A stretch of DNA of 63,998 bases, the filler included, from Sphacelaria rigidula (Eukaryota): assembly GCA_964200075.2 (NCBI GenBank). It is 3 parts of 3 records of this genome, joined end to end, with 100 filler letters (N's around TTAATTAATTAA, not from the genome) between each part and the next. Parts side by side here need not be neighbours in the genome. Positions count along the whole stretch, not along the records: positions 1 to 21,485 come from CAXNAA020000415.1; positions 21,586 to 43,065 come from CAXNAA020000416.1; 1 more part is not named here. One strand, given 5' to 3'. Both the position numbers and the translations under genes were made by a program. The notes below the pieces were generated by a model that saw only the letters and a list, made by a program, of their open reading frames with translations, was not told the DNA's origin and did not search any database. Numbering within the stretch: position 1 is the first letter of the stretch; every line of letters starts with the position of its first letter. Of the stretch, positions 11,950 through 25,680 are shown one piece after another.

Positions 11950-13998
11950 TTCAGGCAGTGTGGTTATCCTATTTTCAAATATTTTGCTCCTGGTGGAGCC
12001 TGGCGGCAAAAATTGAGAGGGAGATAGCGAACACGACCGACGAACGGCGTGTGCATGCAGACAGGCAGCAAAACAAATAGACTTAGGTATGCATTATCAT
12101 CGCTACCTTCGCATGCTCAAGTGCTGGTGCTTACATGGCACGGCACTACCGTCAAGCTCACTAAATGCCCGACAAATCACCCGAGCGGGGAAGTAACAGT
12201 GAAGTACAACAACTTGCCCGCGGAGAAAGCACTTACTTTAGTGCACAAACAGCAGATACAAAATACAGGACAATATTTGAACGTTTATTGATGTGAAGAC
12301 AACAATACTGCAGTATGAGTATGCGCTGTGCATCCAATACAGCAAGGGCACTTTCGCAATGCACACGACGCCAGTCAAAAACAAACCGGTGTGAGGATGA
12401 TTAGACTGCAGTACACAAAGCGATGCATGCCAAGAGGTATTGCTATATCATGTTGAATTACGACGGTACTTGTTGCCAACTTCAAACGGATGACAACGAA
12501 GGCGCAATTCAGGCCTTGACCCCAACAGTACCGCGGTACAGATATCATGAAACAGAGGACAGCAGTACACATCTGGACATACATTTTCTATCGGGCAATT
12601 GCCTCTTGTAGGAAGTTTTAATCTGAAAACAATAACAACAGACAGCGTGTTTTGGGGTTTACCGACCACAACAGTAGTCACTACATACAACGGTAAAATG
12701 CGTAGACATCGCTGCAATATCCAGCTACCAACAGCAGTAGTCAATCTACCGATGACAATAGCATACATTTACGTTTCCGAAGAGTCAACCAATCGATCGA
12801 TGGAAAAGCGATGTACTATTGCCGCCTGTACGCTGTAGGAGGCGTGAACACAACAGCACAGAGCTCTCAACACTCCATGACGAATACAAACATTTCAACA
12901 ACACGTATTTGCCACTCACAACTCACTTGGGGCACAGGCGTCTGTACTTATCAGCACCCCCCTTACCCCTTCCCTCCCCCCCCCACACAGACCCGAAGCT
13001 TTGGTTCAATCCAAGCAGCTACTCTCTCGCTAACAAGCAGTGCTCCTGTTGTAGCTCCACTTGTAGAGCCGCCCTAGTCCTGCGTGGTCTGCTGCGCCAA
13101 AGTAATATAACTGAATAAGTAATAGTTGGGGTGATACGCCGATCTCGGCCCATCTGAGGACTGCCAATATAAAAAAATCTACTTCAAAATCTAAGAAAAT
13201 AAGAATCAGGCCGCCAACCAGCCAATCAAAAGATTGGAATATCAGGCGGGGTAAGGGGTAACGGGAACCCGAGGAATGCTCATCGCTCTCAAGAGTTCTC
13301 TCCTTGGAATGGAACCAGTTCGGACATTTTTCGAATATTGAAACGCTCTGTTTTCCTGCCTAGTTTCTCCGTTGCGCAATGACCCGGATAGAGAGGTCCG
13401 AAGTGAAGGTATCATCTACTACTGTCCTCGGTTGACAACACGAAACGTTCACTCGAGCATTTGAGCGCTAGTGTTGTCTGTCTGCACTTTTGGCTGTCCC
13501 TCGTGACAGTCGTCCCAAACGAAGTGCGCCGCCCCTCAGCACGAGCTACCGCACAGACCCAGCGCATAAACATGCACACACATACACGCTTAGTTCCACA
13601 CAAAACAAACACACATGAACAAACACACGCGCGAAGACACTGCGTGGCGTTCCTGGTGCTACTAGAATTGCTGAGTTGCTCTTGTCTTTCAGGCAAGAGC
13701 TCAGCTGATGCTTACGCTAGCCTGTCCACGTATACGCTGTCGAGTACTATACTCAGTACTGGACCCTATTTTATGCCGTTTTTTTTCAGGGTATGGGTCC
13801 GCGAAAATATTCGAATACTTTGAAGTATTCTTTTTCATCGTGTCGCTCTTCCCTTGGGCTTCCTCCCGAACGCGGCACAGAATCTTGTTTTAAAACCTGG
13901 TTCCCAACTTTGTGAAGACTCGGCGTAAAATCGAACAATTTAGCGAGTGCAGCAGGGCTGCAGTCAATAACACAGCAGCAATCGTAAGTTGGAAAGCC

Positions 13999-14532
13999 AT
14001 GTCGTGTGTGGCAGGGCAACGCTGCAAGCTGCCGAGCCACACGCCAGGCCCTCATACCTGCACATTATGTCGGTGCCGCAAGTGTGGCGAGTACCTCCAT
14101 GACATATGCGGCGTGCAAGACCCGACTAGCGACAACGAGCGTGTGTTGTATGAGGTGGAGTGTGCACTTGCTGGACAGCAACCGACGGGCAAGGCAAAGG
14201 GGACCGCGAACCGAGCGCGGGCCACACCTCTCAGCTCGTGTAATGGCGGCCCTCCATCCAATGCAGAATCTGGTCATGGTCCGAAAACCGGTGCGCCTTC
14301 TAAGAAATCTACTGGGGGCCAAAAACGTGCAAACTTGACACTGAATACGAAGATGTACGTGCTTGAGCACCTCGCCAAAAAGGTGAAAACAAGCGCGGTG
14401 GCGGAGAAGTTTGGCATCTCTGACAGGACTGTGAGGCAAATCAGGATGGATGGAGAGAAGCTAAAAAAGCAAATTGAGGACAGGCCACAGGGAGGAGAAG
14501 CGAAGAGCCTCAAGGGACTACAGCACGCAAAG
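13999..14532 (+). mobile_element. Truncated pogo/Tigger-like transposase N-terminus: Cys/His zinc finger followed by a CENP-B/psq-type HTH
   Basis: MSCVAGQRCKLPSHTPGPHTCTLCRCRKCGEYLHDICG... then KRANLTLNTKMYVLEHLAKKVKTSAVAEKFGISDRTVRQIRMDGEKLKK. Similarity ends at a GT donor-like site (AAG|gtatat). No DDE domain is seen. Confidence 0.7.
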
Positions 14533-15174
14533 GTATATGCGCATGTTTTGCTGCCGTACAACAGTGATCAGCAATCTCGATTGACGTACTTGACTTCTTG
14601 TGTTTGTCCCGGATCAAATACTGTACTGTATTCCATCGGGATGTTGCGGGGAAACGATTTTGGGACACGTTGGCCCCGAGACCGGAAAATTGAGTTTTTG
14701 ACGGGGGGGACACCCAGCCTGCTGTCCCCTAGTTTATTGGCGAGGCGTTGGCGGATGCGGTCAGCTGTCGCGTACAGAGATCCTTGGCATGGAGACCGCT
14801 GAGATGGCGGGCACGCCGCCCTCCCCAAGCACATCACTTACCATGATTACATTTATGGGATCATGTTCCGTGTCGTGTGCCTCGAGTACGTACCTGTAGT
14901 CCGGACAAGTTTGGCGAGGCGTGAGATTTTGTAGCTACTTTGGCTACTGGCTGTCGCTACAGTGCGCTCATGTACATACCTGTCTGTGAGCGTGACCGGC
15001 ATCTGAGGTCACCGGGACAGAGCGGACAAGGAGCAAAAGCAAGTATACCAACCCCGCAAAGCCCATCAGACTTTTCGGTTTTCATCAGTATGTGTTGACC
15101 AATCATTTCTTGCAACAGAGTTCAACAACAAAAAATGTCAAGACAATTTTCGGAAAAATGCCCTCCGGCAGAGG

Positions 15175-15265
15175 GTGTACTCATGATATTGCATGCCATG
15201 ATCATGTGACCATTGACCTCGCGTCCCTACAAAGCTGGGACGGAGCTCGCCGGGTTTTCGCCGGG
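15175..15265 (+). repeat. Dispersed repeat, with a second copy at ~80-168
   Basis: gtactcatgat..tgcatgccatg.tcat..gaccattgac.tcgc.tccctacaaagc.gggacggagc occurs at both sites. Confidence 0.8.
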
Positions 15266-15322
15266 AGGGGTTGGGGAGAGGGGGGCTCCGTGTCCAAAAA
15301 TCTTCCACGCGTCGGACAGATC

Positions 15323-15683
15323 AGCTCCCTGTAGCTCGAGCTAGCTCTCTTTTAGCGTTCCTAGCGAGCTATGAGAGCGACGTGAGCCACGCATGTCTTC
15401 CCTGGGTGAGCTGTAAGAGCAACATGAGCTACGCATGTTTGCCCTAGGTGAGCTATAAGAGCAACATGAGCTACGCATGTTTGCCCTCGGTAAGCTACCA
15501 ACCTCTAACTCATCAGCTCATATTCCCCCTGGGTGAGCTATGATAGCTGCATGAGGTATGCATGTTTGCCCCAGGTTAGCTACCAACCCGTAGCTCACCC
15601 GCGCATGCTTGCCCTGGGTAAGCTGTGAGAGCTACATCAGCTACGCATGTTTTCCCTGGTTGAGCAACAATGCTACGGGAGCT
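15323..15683. repeat. ~42-bp degenerate tandem repeat array (7-8 units) bounded by short imperfect inverted termini
   Basis: Unit gagctataagagcaacatgagctacgcatgtttgccctaggt. Termini are agctccctgtagc and gctacgggagct. Confidence 0.85.
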
Positions 15684-16099
15684 AGACTTCTGCTATACAT
15701 TTTTTCCCCAGAATATTATGCGTCTCATTCAAAAGGGGACATTTTAAAGCGGAAACCCCGCCGATGCGTCACAATTACTTGATTCTAGTGTGACAGACCG
15801 AAAACAAAACCCATAATTTTTGCGAATTATATGCGCGCATAAAAAGCTAACGCCTAGCGGGAGCTACACCGATTTTGAAGTTGTTTCTGTTCCGATGCTC
15901 ATGCACGTTGGTACGTGAAAACGGTTACATGTGTACACATCCTGTGTTCCGTTTTGTCCAGTGGTGATTTGCCGTTTGTGAACATCAACCAGTGTTGCGC
16001 CGATAGAAAAAAAACAAAAATCTCGGAACAGAATCTGACCTTTAGTCCCACCGGCACACACTGTTACAACGCCCCACGACAGATTCAGCGTCTCAAAGC

Positions 16100-18400
16100 G
16101 CCCACAGCGCGCGTGCTGTCGTGTGTCCCGAATGGAGCTCCTCTACAGGCAATACGCACATGCTTTTCGCACGGATTGTCATTATCCAGCTGGTGTCCCA
16201 GTTCAGATCAATATTCGTTTCTCAGCGCAGCGACATCCCACGTGCAGATGACGTCGAAGTAAATGGACGAGTAAGTTCACACATGTGTTTGCTGACGGTG
16301 CACGCATTTCCTGGGCAGTGCGCGGTCGAATAGAGTGCGTTTTACTGGATTTGCCGAATTTCGGAATTGGGGTTATCCTTCTTCTATCCCGCACCGCAAG
16401 CGTCGGCGTCCTGAGAATATGCTGCTTGTGATGAGCCCAAATAGTGCTCCAAGTTTCACTTACGCACTCGCGGTCGATGTGAAGAAACCCACTTTCAAAA
16501 ATGCGGACAAAATGCGGGAAAATACACTGGATGATCGTGGCGAGATACGTGAGGTGAGGTTGCGCCGCAATATCCCGCGTGCGGGAACGTCCTTGCGGCA
16601 TATGTGCTGTCCTGGGCAACACGGCACAGCTCAAGAAATTTGCACAAGAGAATATGACAGCGTGACTGTAAAGCTTCCGCATATGGCTACTTGACGCGGC
16701 GCGGTTGTGGTGATATCCGCAGAATCGCGCGGTGTAACCAGAGGTGTCGTGCAGGTGAAGGCCTGAAGCGACATATAGTCTGGGTGTGTATATTTCGTTG
16801 ACTGACACGCGGTTCATGACTGTATGATTTTATTTGACGAGTTAGGCGAGTGGTTAATCCCGCATTCGCGTGTCACACCACAACTTATAAAGTCTGCCAA
16901 ATCAACCACACTTGAGGATATCGGTGGCATCTGCAGACCAACGTGGTAACACACGGGACGGCCGCTGAATGAAAAAAACAAACGAAAAGAAATGTACCGC
17001 ATAATGTATCACCCAGCCGGCGGAACTAAAACAAAAAAGGAACCCGTCGGGATTCGAATTCGTGACCTCTATAACTGGAGTTATCTGCATCACTTGGATG
17101 AAAGAAGCGCAGCCGTGCCGCACAAAAAGTTGGATGCTGCGCCAAATTCCTGGATTTTTTGGCCGAAATTGAACCACGATCTCCTCCACACAAAGGCGCA
17201 CAACCACATTGGGGATGCTCCCGTATTTTTGTTGCTTACTGCGTGATAGCATATTTATAACTTTTGCAGAAGCTTGAAATCACTCTTTCTTCCTGTTATC
17301 TAATTTTTACTGGCATATCCGGGAAGGTTGTGCGTAGTTTTGATGAAAATGATGAGATGAAATTTCAGCGCCCGACGCTTCGGATTACCCACCTCCCCGC
17401 CTGGACACATTAGCAAGTCACTGTCAGTTGGCCCAGCTCGTACATGTTTCGTGAGCTAGCCGGTGCTTGCGGCTCCCCCATTGTATCCGGGCCTGTGGTT
17501 GTAAAATGAAAGCGCCTCGAAGGATCAGAGAAGGAAATTGTACGTCGGGATATGTTACAAGTCACGATTGCTGGCCCAGGTTGAGCCAACGTCCGCCGCC
17601 ACGTGCTGCGGTCTCCCGAAAACTACAACTTATCTTCGAACAAGACTCACACGAGTGCTGCAACTCACCCATGGGAGCAAGAGCATCGCCCACCACAATA
17701 TTATCGCACAGGGAGATTTGCGAACACAGGATTCCTCGGCATATTCGCGGAAAGGGGGAAATTGTTTCGGCATGCTACGCTGCACACCCTCATGCGCGTC
17801 GAACATTCCACTCCGGTCACCTGCCGGAGCACGACGACGCGCTCCGATCACGCCAGCCGTCGTCCGAAAAGGGATTTGCCGGTGAAATACATTCATTGTT
17901 TGCCCCCCTTGTAAGCACCATGCATGAAGACGATATACCCTACAGTGTACTTTTTGATAAAGTCCACTCTATGTGCTGCCTTCCTCGTCGCCTGTAAGGA
18001 ACTTACTCTCGAACATATATTCGCAGAGCCCTGAAACCGTAGCCATGAAAAAACAACTGTGAGGTGCATTCAAAGAGCCTGCGCCATAACGGATTCCGCT
18101 CCGGCCTCGATCGATAGCGGGCTATCACGTGCGACTGCAACCGCGTAATCGCACGGCAAGGAAGCGCGGTAGACCCTTTGTCACCGACCCCGTGAAAAAA
18201 GCCACGGAAAATCTCAATCCAGTACCCTAACCATCGCTTCGAACACGGGTTGCCATTTCGCTCCGCATAGTTGCGAACAAGCACCGTACCCAGCCTGGAG
18301 CCATTCCGAGCTCGTGTACGTCATCTGCGACACACCCCTCGGCGCCCATCCCTGCGGTCACCTGACGGGAAAGGCACCACTGACGGCAAGCACGGGACAA
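16100..18400 (-). pseudogene. Decayed Mutator-like (MULE) transposase
   Basis: Fragments in the expected MULE order, with frameshifts and stops: ELGM...LVRNYAERNG (MuDR-like), DFIKKYTVGYIVFM...GANNECISPA, MFDAHEGVQRSMPKQFP (SDxxxG...FP-like), VVDLADFISCGVTRECGI (SWIM-like). Confidence 0.5.
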
Positions 18401-21400
18401 TGCAGTCGAACAATGGAACGAGTGTTGGCTCGTCTTCAAATCCTGTATCACGGGTGTTATATATGAGCAGGATACGGACATGGCCGGTGTCTCCATCGCT
18501 GCAAAAGCGAAACGACGCTGGTGCTCCCCTGCAACGACTCCTTCAAAGACGCAACTGATTTTGTTCCTGCAATCTTGTAGGGGGTTTTGCGACACAGAAG
18601 CATCCTCTTATGTTATTCGATCACACCAGCTGTCTTGTCCAGAGACGGTCAAGTCTACAAAGAAAATGGCGATGTTTCCTACCTTGGAAAGTTTGTGTTA
18701 ATCCTTCGAAAAAAAGTGCATGTTTGTGCTAAACAAAAGTAAAAACAAATGGCCACCGCTAAACACGAAGACATCGTGGTACCACTTCAATGAGGACAGA
18801 TGGTCATTTCAACGTGCCAAGCTCCGCCCACCTCTGATATGGGTCGTGAATCGACACAGAACGGTGAAAAACAAAAACATGACTTCTTTCTTGCCTGTGG
18901 TAAGTCACGCTCTCCCGAAATTTGCCCTCCCGACATTCACGCTTCCATAGACCAACACAAGGGTTTTATTCGGCTTAAGCGCTACCAATTCGTGGATACT
19001 CGTTGTTCTCGGGTTTGGGGCAACGGATCCGTGGGTACTCCCCAACAACGTGAGCGTTCAGGCGTAGCTGTAGACGTTAACGTCAGGGATCGCTGCCGCT
19101 GGCAAAATATGCAAAATGATTATGGATCAGGCTCCCGATGCCTACCTGCAGACATGATTACGTGCCGCGACTAGATATTCGATACCGCGTGTCGAGCCGA
19201 GATTATCTACGTATATGGTGCTTGCCCTCCCAACTGTTCGTTATAAATTTTCCTTCGTAATTGGCGGCGTTCTGGGTCTGTATCGCTTGCCACCGCTCAT
19301 GATGCTGAGGATCTACAAATACTTGTATCCACTGCGCGTTCCAATAAAATGTATCCGTCTGTACTCAATACTCAGTGAGTTACGGGCTGGCCAATGATGG
19401 AGGGTCTCGCCACCTTTCAGCCGAGATTTCGACCCTGCGGGATTTTCGGTCGATCGAGCCTGTCCCGGTCGTATTTGTGAAGCCATGTGTGAAGCAATAA
19501 ACGGGTTTGTTTATTTTAATTCGTACGCACATATCGCACCACTGCCGAACAGCTGTGTTTCACGGGATTTCTACCTGTATCGCCCGGTTACACCATACAA
19601 CACCAACGACAAGGTTTTCGTGACGTTGAGAGTAGAGCGTCAATTAAGCGCGGGTTTCATTATTTCCTTCAACTGAACCAAATCCCCAACCTGAGTGTGC
19701 TTTTCTTCGCCTGTGACACTGGCATGTGCTTACAGCTACACATCGATGTCGTCCTCAAGAATATCAAGGGCTTCAGTGGTAAGAAAGTGCAGGTGGCATA
19801 TCTGGCCTCGTAACAGGATATTTCGTAACTGACACTCATCATTCAGTAATTTACCGCTTTTCATTCTTAAGCGTATACTCTACTTTCAATTTCACCAACA
19901 TGCTGTTCCATTTGGACACTATGTTTTGAAGACGGTCTGTTCAATTTATCTACATCTACCGGCGTGAGCACTCTAGAGTTCTATCGAAGAGTACCATGGT
20001 AGAAAATCCTGAAAGAAAAACTCGACACTTCAGGCGCCCGCTACTGTGTAGTTGTCGACATATCACGTAAGACACACTGATGTTGGAGGGAATACCGCAC
20101 CGACTAAGGTGTGCTCCCTGTTCGACACAATCTCGAGTGCAGCGGCAGACCATGAAAGGTATCTTGTGCATGATAATGGGGGGGCGCCTCTCATCGGAGT
20201 GGCAGCGCTGTGTACTTCATCCTCGGGTGACCACTGCCCTCTCTGGCGACGTTCTTCGCAGGGCGAGTTCATGTTGACAGTCCTGAAGGTAGGTTGCGAA
20301 CGCCAGCGGGTGAGGACGGGTACCATCAAGCTTCCAACTACCGGGGCGGTCTACCGATGCGTTCACCACGGCAATGGCCAACACGCAGGAGTATCCTATT
20401 ACGGAATCCAGCCATACAGTACAGTTCAGGATAGTTATGTGATGTACAGCAAAATGCAGTGTAGAACAGGATAGAAATCCACATGGTGATGCAAAATAGT
20501 ACATGAAAGTGGACCGTGCACGCCACTTTACAGTACGGTGCAGCGAAGTAGAAAGCAGACCAGTGCCTCACAGAATAGTAGAGGGCAGCACCGTAATGGA
20601 CGTCACACGATCGTTTTGAGCTCATAACGGTGTGGAGTACAGTCGAGTACTGTACCCAACACCGTCGGGCCACACGCTACAGGACATTGCCATACGGTCG
20701 AGTGCAGCAGGCGACGGCACGCGGCTCCATAAGGAAGCGTGTTGAGTACGATACCGGCACGTGCAGTTCACTGCACAGTACATGACGGTACACTACGTGA
20801 CACTCGAGTACAGACACAACAGCACAGCACAGCACGCAAGAGTGACCTGTGTGTCGCCATCGTATTCCGTCACATCCCGTGCTAGACCGTGCTAGACGCG
20901 TGTAACGGTTTGCGGTACAAAACGTGTACTGTAACGTTCGAGTACATTACACATCATGGCGGGGCGGAGCGATGGATCATCAGCTTTTATACTGGAATTT
21001 GTATGTAGTTTGCTGCCCCCGCCTACCCCCAAACATGCTTGCAGTCAATCGCGTCTGCTTGCTTCTATCCCCCACGGATCGATACAGTTTTTTTTCACAT
21101 GAATTATATGGGTCATAGACTACCCCATGCACATCGTGCGGCCTAGGAACTCCTGGCGTGGCCGTCACGAGTCCGCGTACCACCACACGACATTCCGGCC
21201 ACGAGGAAGCGATACAGAGCAACACCGTTCAGGCCGGCCGACTCAGTAACTATTCACCTTCTCACCCGAAAACTGGTAGCGACACTCCGCCTTGAACAAA
21301 GCTTCCCACCGGTATTGCCAGTTGGACATGTGCTCATTCGTGTAGAGCTGGCCGCCCGTCCGAGCTGCGGGTACTTTGCAACTCGTGCTAGCTCATTTCG

Positions 21401-24024
21401 TGTACAAGGACTCTTGTATGCGGGCGGTTCGTTTTTTTTTTTTTCCTATCGGCGCAACACTGCTATAATGACTGCATCAGAAGCCNNNNNNNNNNNNNNN
21501 NNNNNNNNNNNNNNNNNNNNNNNNNNNNNTTAATTAATTAANNNNNNNNNNNNNNNNNNNNNNNNNNNNNNNNNNNNNNNNNNNNGGTGTGGGCGGCGGC
21601 GCCACCACAGAGGAAAAGAAAACGGGTGGGAGGAAGAAAAAAAAAAATGTGAAGAGGGGGGGGTGGGGGGGGGGGGGGGGGGGTAGTGTGGGTCCAGATT
21701 TTTTTTTCTGAGCGCCCTTGTCTGACCCAACTTCTTGCCTACTACATATACAAGAGGAAACCATCCCCAGCCTCGGAGTTCCTTCGGTATCAGGACGGCA
21801 GTCTCCCCCGCAGGTTTCTGACTACTCTAGCGATACGCCTTCCTCACATTGGCGACACCAGAACAGAACTCAGGCAAGACAGGCCTTAGCAGTAAAAAGT
21901 AGAACAAGAACCGACTGCTCCCCGACACCGGAAACACCAGGGTCCTCCAAGGAACGCTACTCCAGATGAAACGCATGGGTCATGTGCATAATTATTCGAG
22001 TTGAGAGGTTATTGGAGTAATGTGTTTGGGTCAACGCGAAACTAGCCTCCTCAATGTGCATTTACATGTCACCCGCATGACTAATCAAAGAGCGAAAGGC
22101 GAAGTTAGACTCCTCAGGGTGCAGTATATGTCACCTGTATGGCTAGTCAAACAGCGAAACCGCGAAATTAGTCTCATCAGCGTGCATTATATGTCACCAG
22201 AATGGCTAATTAAACAACGCAACCACACCTATCAACCAACCTTTCACCACCATCGCGCGAAAGGCACGGTAATTAATCGAGCAGGCCGACCTCTGGAAAT
22301 GCGGTGACTCGAAATAGCACTAACGAATAACTTACCCAACCTGCGAATGCACGACCTTGTCATTCCCTACGATGTAGCAAGCGAAAGAAGGTGTATTGGA
22401 TGGTCATACCGCATCCTAGCCCACAAGCTGAGAGAAGTTGAAAAGTTCAATGTTCCACACCTCAGTACGCATGAAGTGGAGAAAAATGTCATCGGTCTGG
22501 TGAAAATATATATATGTCGAAGAGAAGCGGGGTTCCTAGTCAGTACAGTCACTCCTCCAGACGGCACCAAGACAGCCCTCAATGAGGATGTGAAAGTACG
22601 TACTATAAGCAAAAGCTGGAAAAGAGCACGATGAGGGTTGGTTCCTAAGCAGCCGTCAGAGCAGCCGTGGAAAAAGCAATACACCACACAAAGGGCCATC
22701 ATCGTCGAACATGAAGCTTAACTTCTTGAGGCTCTCATCATGCAACATTCTGCGCCGTATCCCAATGAACCGGCAACGTTACATCCCGCGCTGACACAAG
22801 TTCAACCGGCAGCCAGGAAAAACAACAATGTTGTAAGCAGGAGCTGTTGATTCCAGATCGAAACACCAGTCTTCCTTTTCTCAACCCGATCTTGGACGAT
22901 CACTGTTTTGACTCATACAACGCATCATAGCTCGCCAGGTATACAGATACGCCCCTAGCTCTATCCTGTGCATCATCCCGTGTGAGAGTCGCAGCCTGAG
23001 TAAACGGCACTCCCGCTGAAAAAATCGATTCCGCAGCAGATGTGCCGTGTGTCATCGAAAACAAAAGTTCATAGATGAACACCCGGCCATGATGGCAGCT
23101 GATGATGTAAAACCAGTACCGCCAGGACCCATCGATCTCAGAAGCGCGGACGGTTCCCCCATAAAAATCCGAGGATTCCCGCATAAAATGGCAGCATTAG
23201 TTTAAACAGAAAATGCCCCGTCAACAACAACAACATCGTGCAGCCACGCATAATAACCGAGGAAGACACTCGACCGCCTGATGTACCTCAAGCATTCACG
23301 CGCATCATTGTTTCAAGGGCAGCATGCACGTAGTCGGCGATGAATAAAACGGAAATGGTACAAATCGCCGACCTGTCGAGCCGACATGTAATAAACCCCG
23401 GAAACATTTCATGATAATGATAAGATCCAACAAGCGGAGAAACTTCATGTTATTCCGGACACCCTCTCACGACCGTTTGCGCTGCTCCAAGGCGACGAAA
23501 AGCTGAAATCAAACCGTCGCTTACACAAATATGTGGTAACGTGCCAAAAAACCATGCGTTGCAAATAGCTGAACCATATATCACCGTCAAATATCAGCTG
23601 AGAAGCTCGATCATTTGAAGCCAGTGCGAAGTGACCGAGAGCTGTCAATCAATTGGCCAGAATGTGCTGATGGGACACGTTCCGGTAGACAGCCATTCGA
23701 GAGAGTGTCGACAGACCTAGTCGAATGCAAAAACAGCTTCGATGTCAAAAGCTGGAGTACTATGTAAATAGGTACTGTCCGTAATAGTCCACCTCACAGA
23801 GTATGCCTTTCTCATTTCGATACCAAGTCGACAGGCCACGTCGATAAGCAGAACTTTTATCGATAGAGTTTTACCACATTTGGCATCCAGGAAAAGCCGC
23901 GACACCCAAAGAATTTTCCAAAGAAACACGGGAAAACCTACGGTTAGGATTTGAAATTGCAGATCAAGCTCTACGAGCAGGAGGGAACGAGCAAGGAAAC
24001 AACGACAAATTAAACCCGTTCCCA

Positions 24025-24503
24025 GTGTTCAAACCCGGTCAAAAGGTACTCTTGTACCCATCATACCAGGACTCAGAAGGGCCGAACCCGAAGCTCCAAT
24101 TACCATGGAGAGGACCTTTCATGATAGCCGAGAGACGATCGCCGGCTGTGTACATGATCAAAATAGGCGACGACTCTGAAGAAATATCAGTACGCCCCGC
24201 TCACTTGAAGAAATATCATCCGCGGGAAACGCCACCCGCATCAGATGTCGATAAATCGAGCGAGTTGTTCCTAGACAAACAGATACCTCTGCCAGAGAGA
24301 CCAACCAGACGAAACGTTGCTTACAATAGAACGATTACGCTGTCGAAAAAGTGGTAGCCTACGCTCCAAGACCAGGTCGGGGAAGTCTTCATAACCATAA
24401 GTATAGGTTGAGACTCCAAAGCTACAGCCCAGCAGCTGACCTAACCTGTCGAGCTGACGAAACATCACAAGGTAGACACCTTATCGATGTATGCCGTCAT
24501 GAC
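24025..24503 (+). pseudogene. Integrase GPF/Y module and frameshifted chromodomain of the Gypsy element
   Basis: ORF 24025-24357, then from 24333 in another frame DYAVEKVVAYAPRPGRGSLHNHKYRLRLQSYSPAADLTCRADETSQGRHLIDVC. Confidence 0.8.
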
Positions 24504-24839
24504 AGCGGGTAAGCAAAGCGCTCACATCCGGAGTCAAAATCCGAAAATACCAGGTAACGGAAATGGATGTGACTGTTCAACAGACTGTTCGAGCGTTCTA
24601 GCAAAACGCTCAAGGGTTGAGCAGTAGCCCGGGGTCACAATTCGGAGATCAAAGAGAGTCACAAAAGAAGAAGACAAGAAAACAAAACGACGTTAGAACA
24701 ATGCAGACATGTACGGAAAAATATCTGACATGCCAACGGTGACTGGTGTGCAACTTCCCAAGGAAGATAGCCTCTCAGCATTTGGGGGGGTGCTGACAAG
24801 AAGCAAAAATCATTTCGATGCTGATTAACCAAAGAGCGT

Positions 24840-25680
24840 AAGGCTCGCATGTTAAACATCATACCCACCGCTTTGTTACTGACACGAGGACGTCGTCCTA
24901 TTCCGGTGTCAGCGGAACCGAAGGCATCCCAGAACCCGGACATGAATAGCCCAGGCGCCCGTGGACCAATCAGTGTCCCAGTGCCCAGGCATGTAGAAAC
25001 AGCATATGCATCCAGCACCAAAGTGCAAGGCATCTCGTGGGAATAGATCACATGTGACACACTTACATGCCACAAAATGATATGAAGCAAAGGACATGTC
25101 GATGTTTCACCAAAGAGCACAATGCTCGCAAGATAAACATCAGACCCACCGCTTTGGTACTAACGCTAGTACTTTGTCCTACTCCGGTGTCAGTGGAACC
25201 GAAGGCATCCCAGAACCCGGGCAGGAATACCTCAAGCGCCCGTGGACCGATCGGTGTCCCCGTGCCTAGTCATGTATACCTAACTGATGCAGTCTGCACC
25301 AAAGTGCAAAAGCACCCCATAAACATTGTGTCACACATGATGCAGTTATTGGACACAAAATACAGGAAGTAAGGGTCATTTTGACGGTGTTTAGCCAAAA
25401 GAGCACAATGCTCATAGGTTAATATATATATATATATATTTATCTCCAATACCGCCTTGTTACTAACCCGAGAACTTAGCCCTACTCCGGTGTCCGCGGA
25501 ACCGAAGGCATCCCAGGACCCGGGCAGGAATAATCAAGGCGCCCGTGGACCGATCAGTGTCCCAGTGCCCAGCCATGCATACCAGCAGATGCAACCAGCA
25601 CCCGAGTGCAAATACATCTGATGGAAACATGTCACATATGACACCTACATCACAGAGAAAACCAAAATTAAAGGGTTTGC
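24840..25680 (+). repeat. Three tandem ~280-300-bp repeats in the retroelement 3' UTR
   Basis: Block cc(t)actccggtgtc.g.ggaaccgaaggcatcccag.acccgg...gcgcccgtggacc.atc.gtgtccc.gtgcc recurs at about 24900, 25180 and 25480. Confidence 0.9.

Noticed and set aside
15323..15683. CRISPR-like array
   Set aside because: Contiguous degenerate tandem units with no unique spacers
13999..18400. ZnF-HTH ORF, 42-bp array and MULE relic as one RNA-guided or defence system
   Set aside because: The pieces are on different strands, from different TE superfamilies and decayed; no nuclease domain is visible. Nested transposon debris is the simpler explanation.
21486..21585. TTAATTAATTAA palindrome flanked by Ns (also at 43066-43165)
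   Set aside because: Identical 100-bp scaffold spacer with stops in all frames; an assembly artefact
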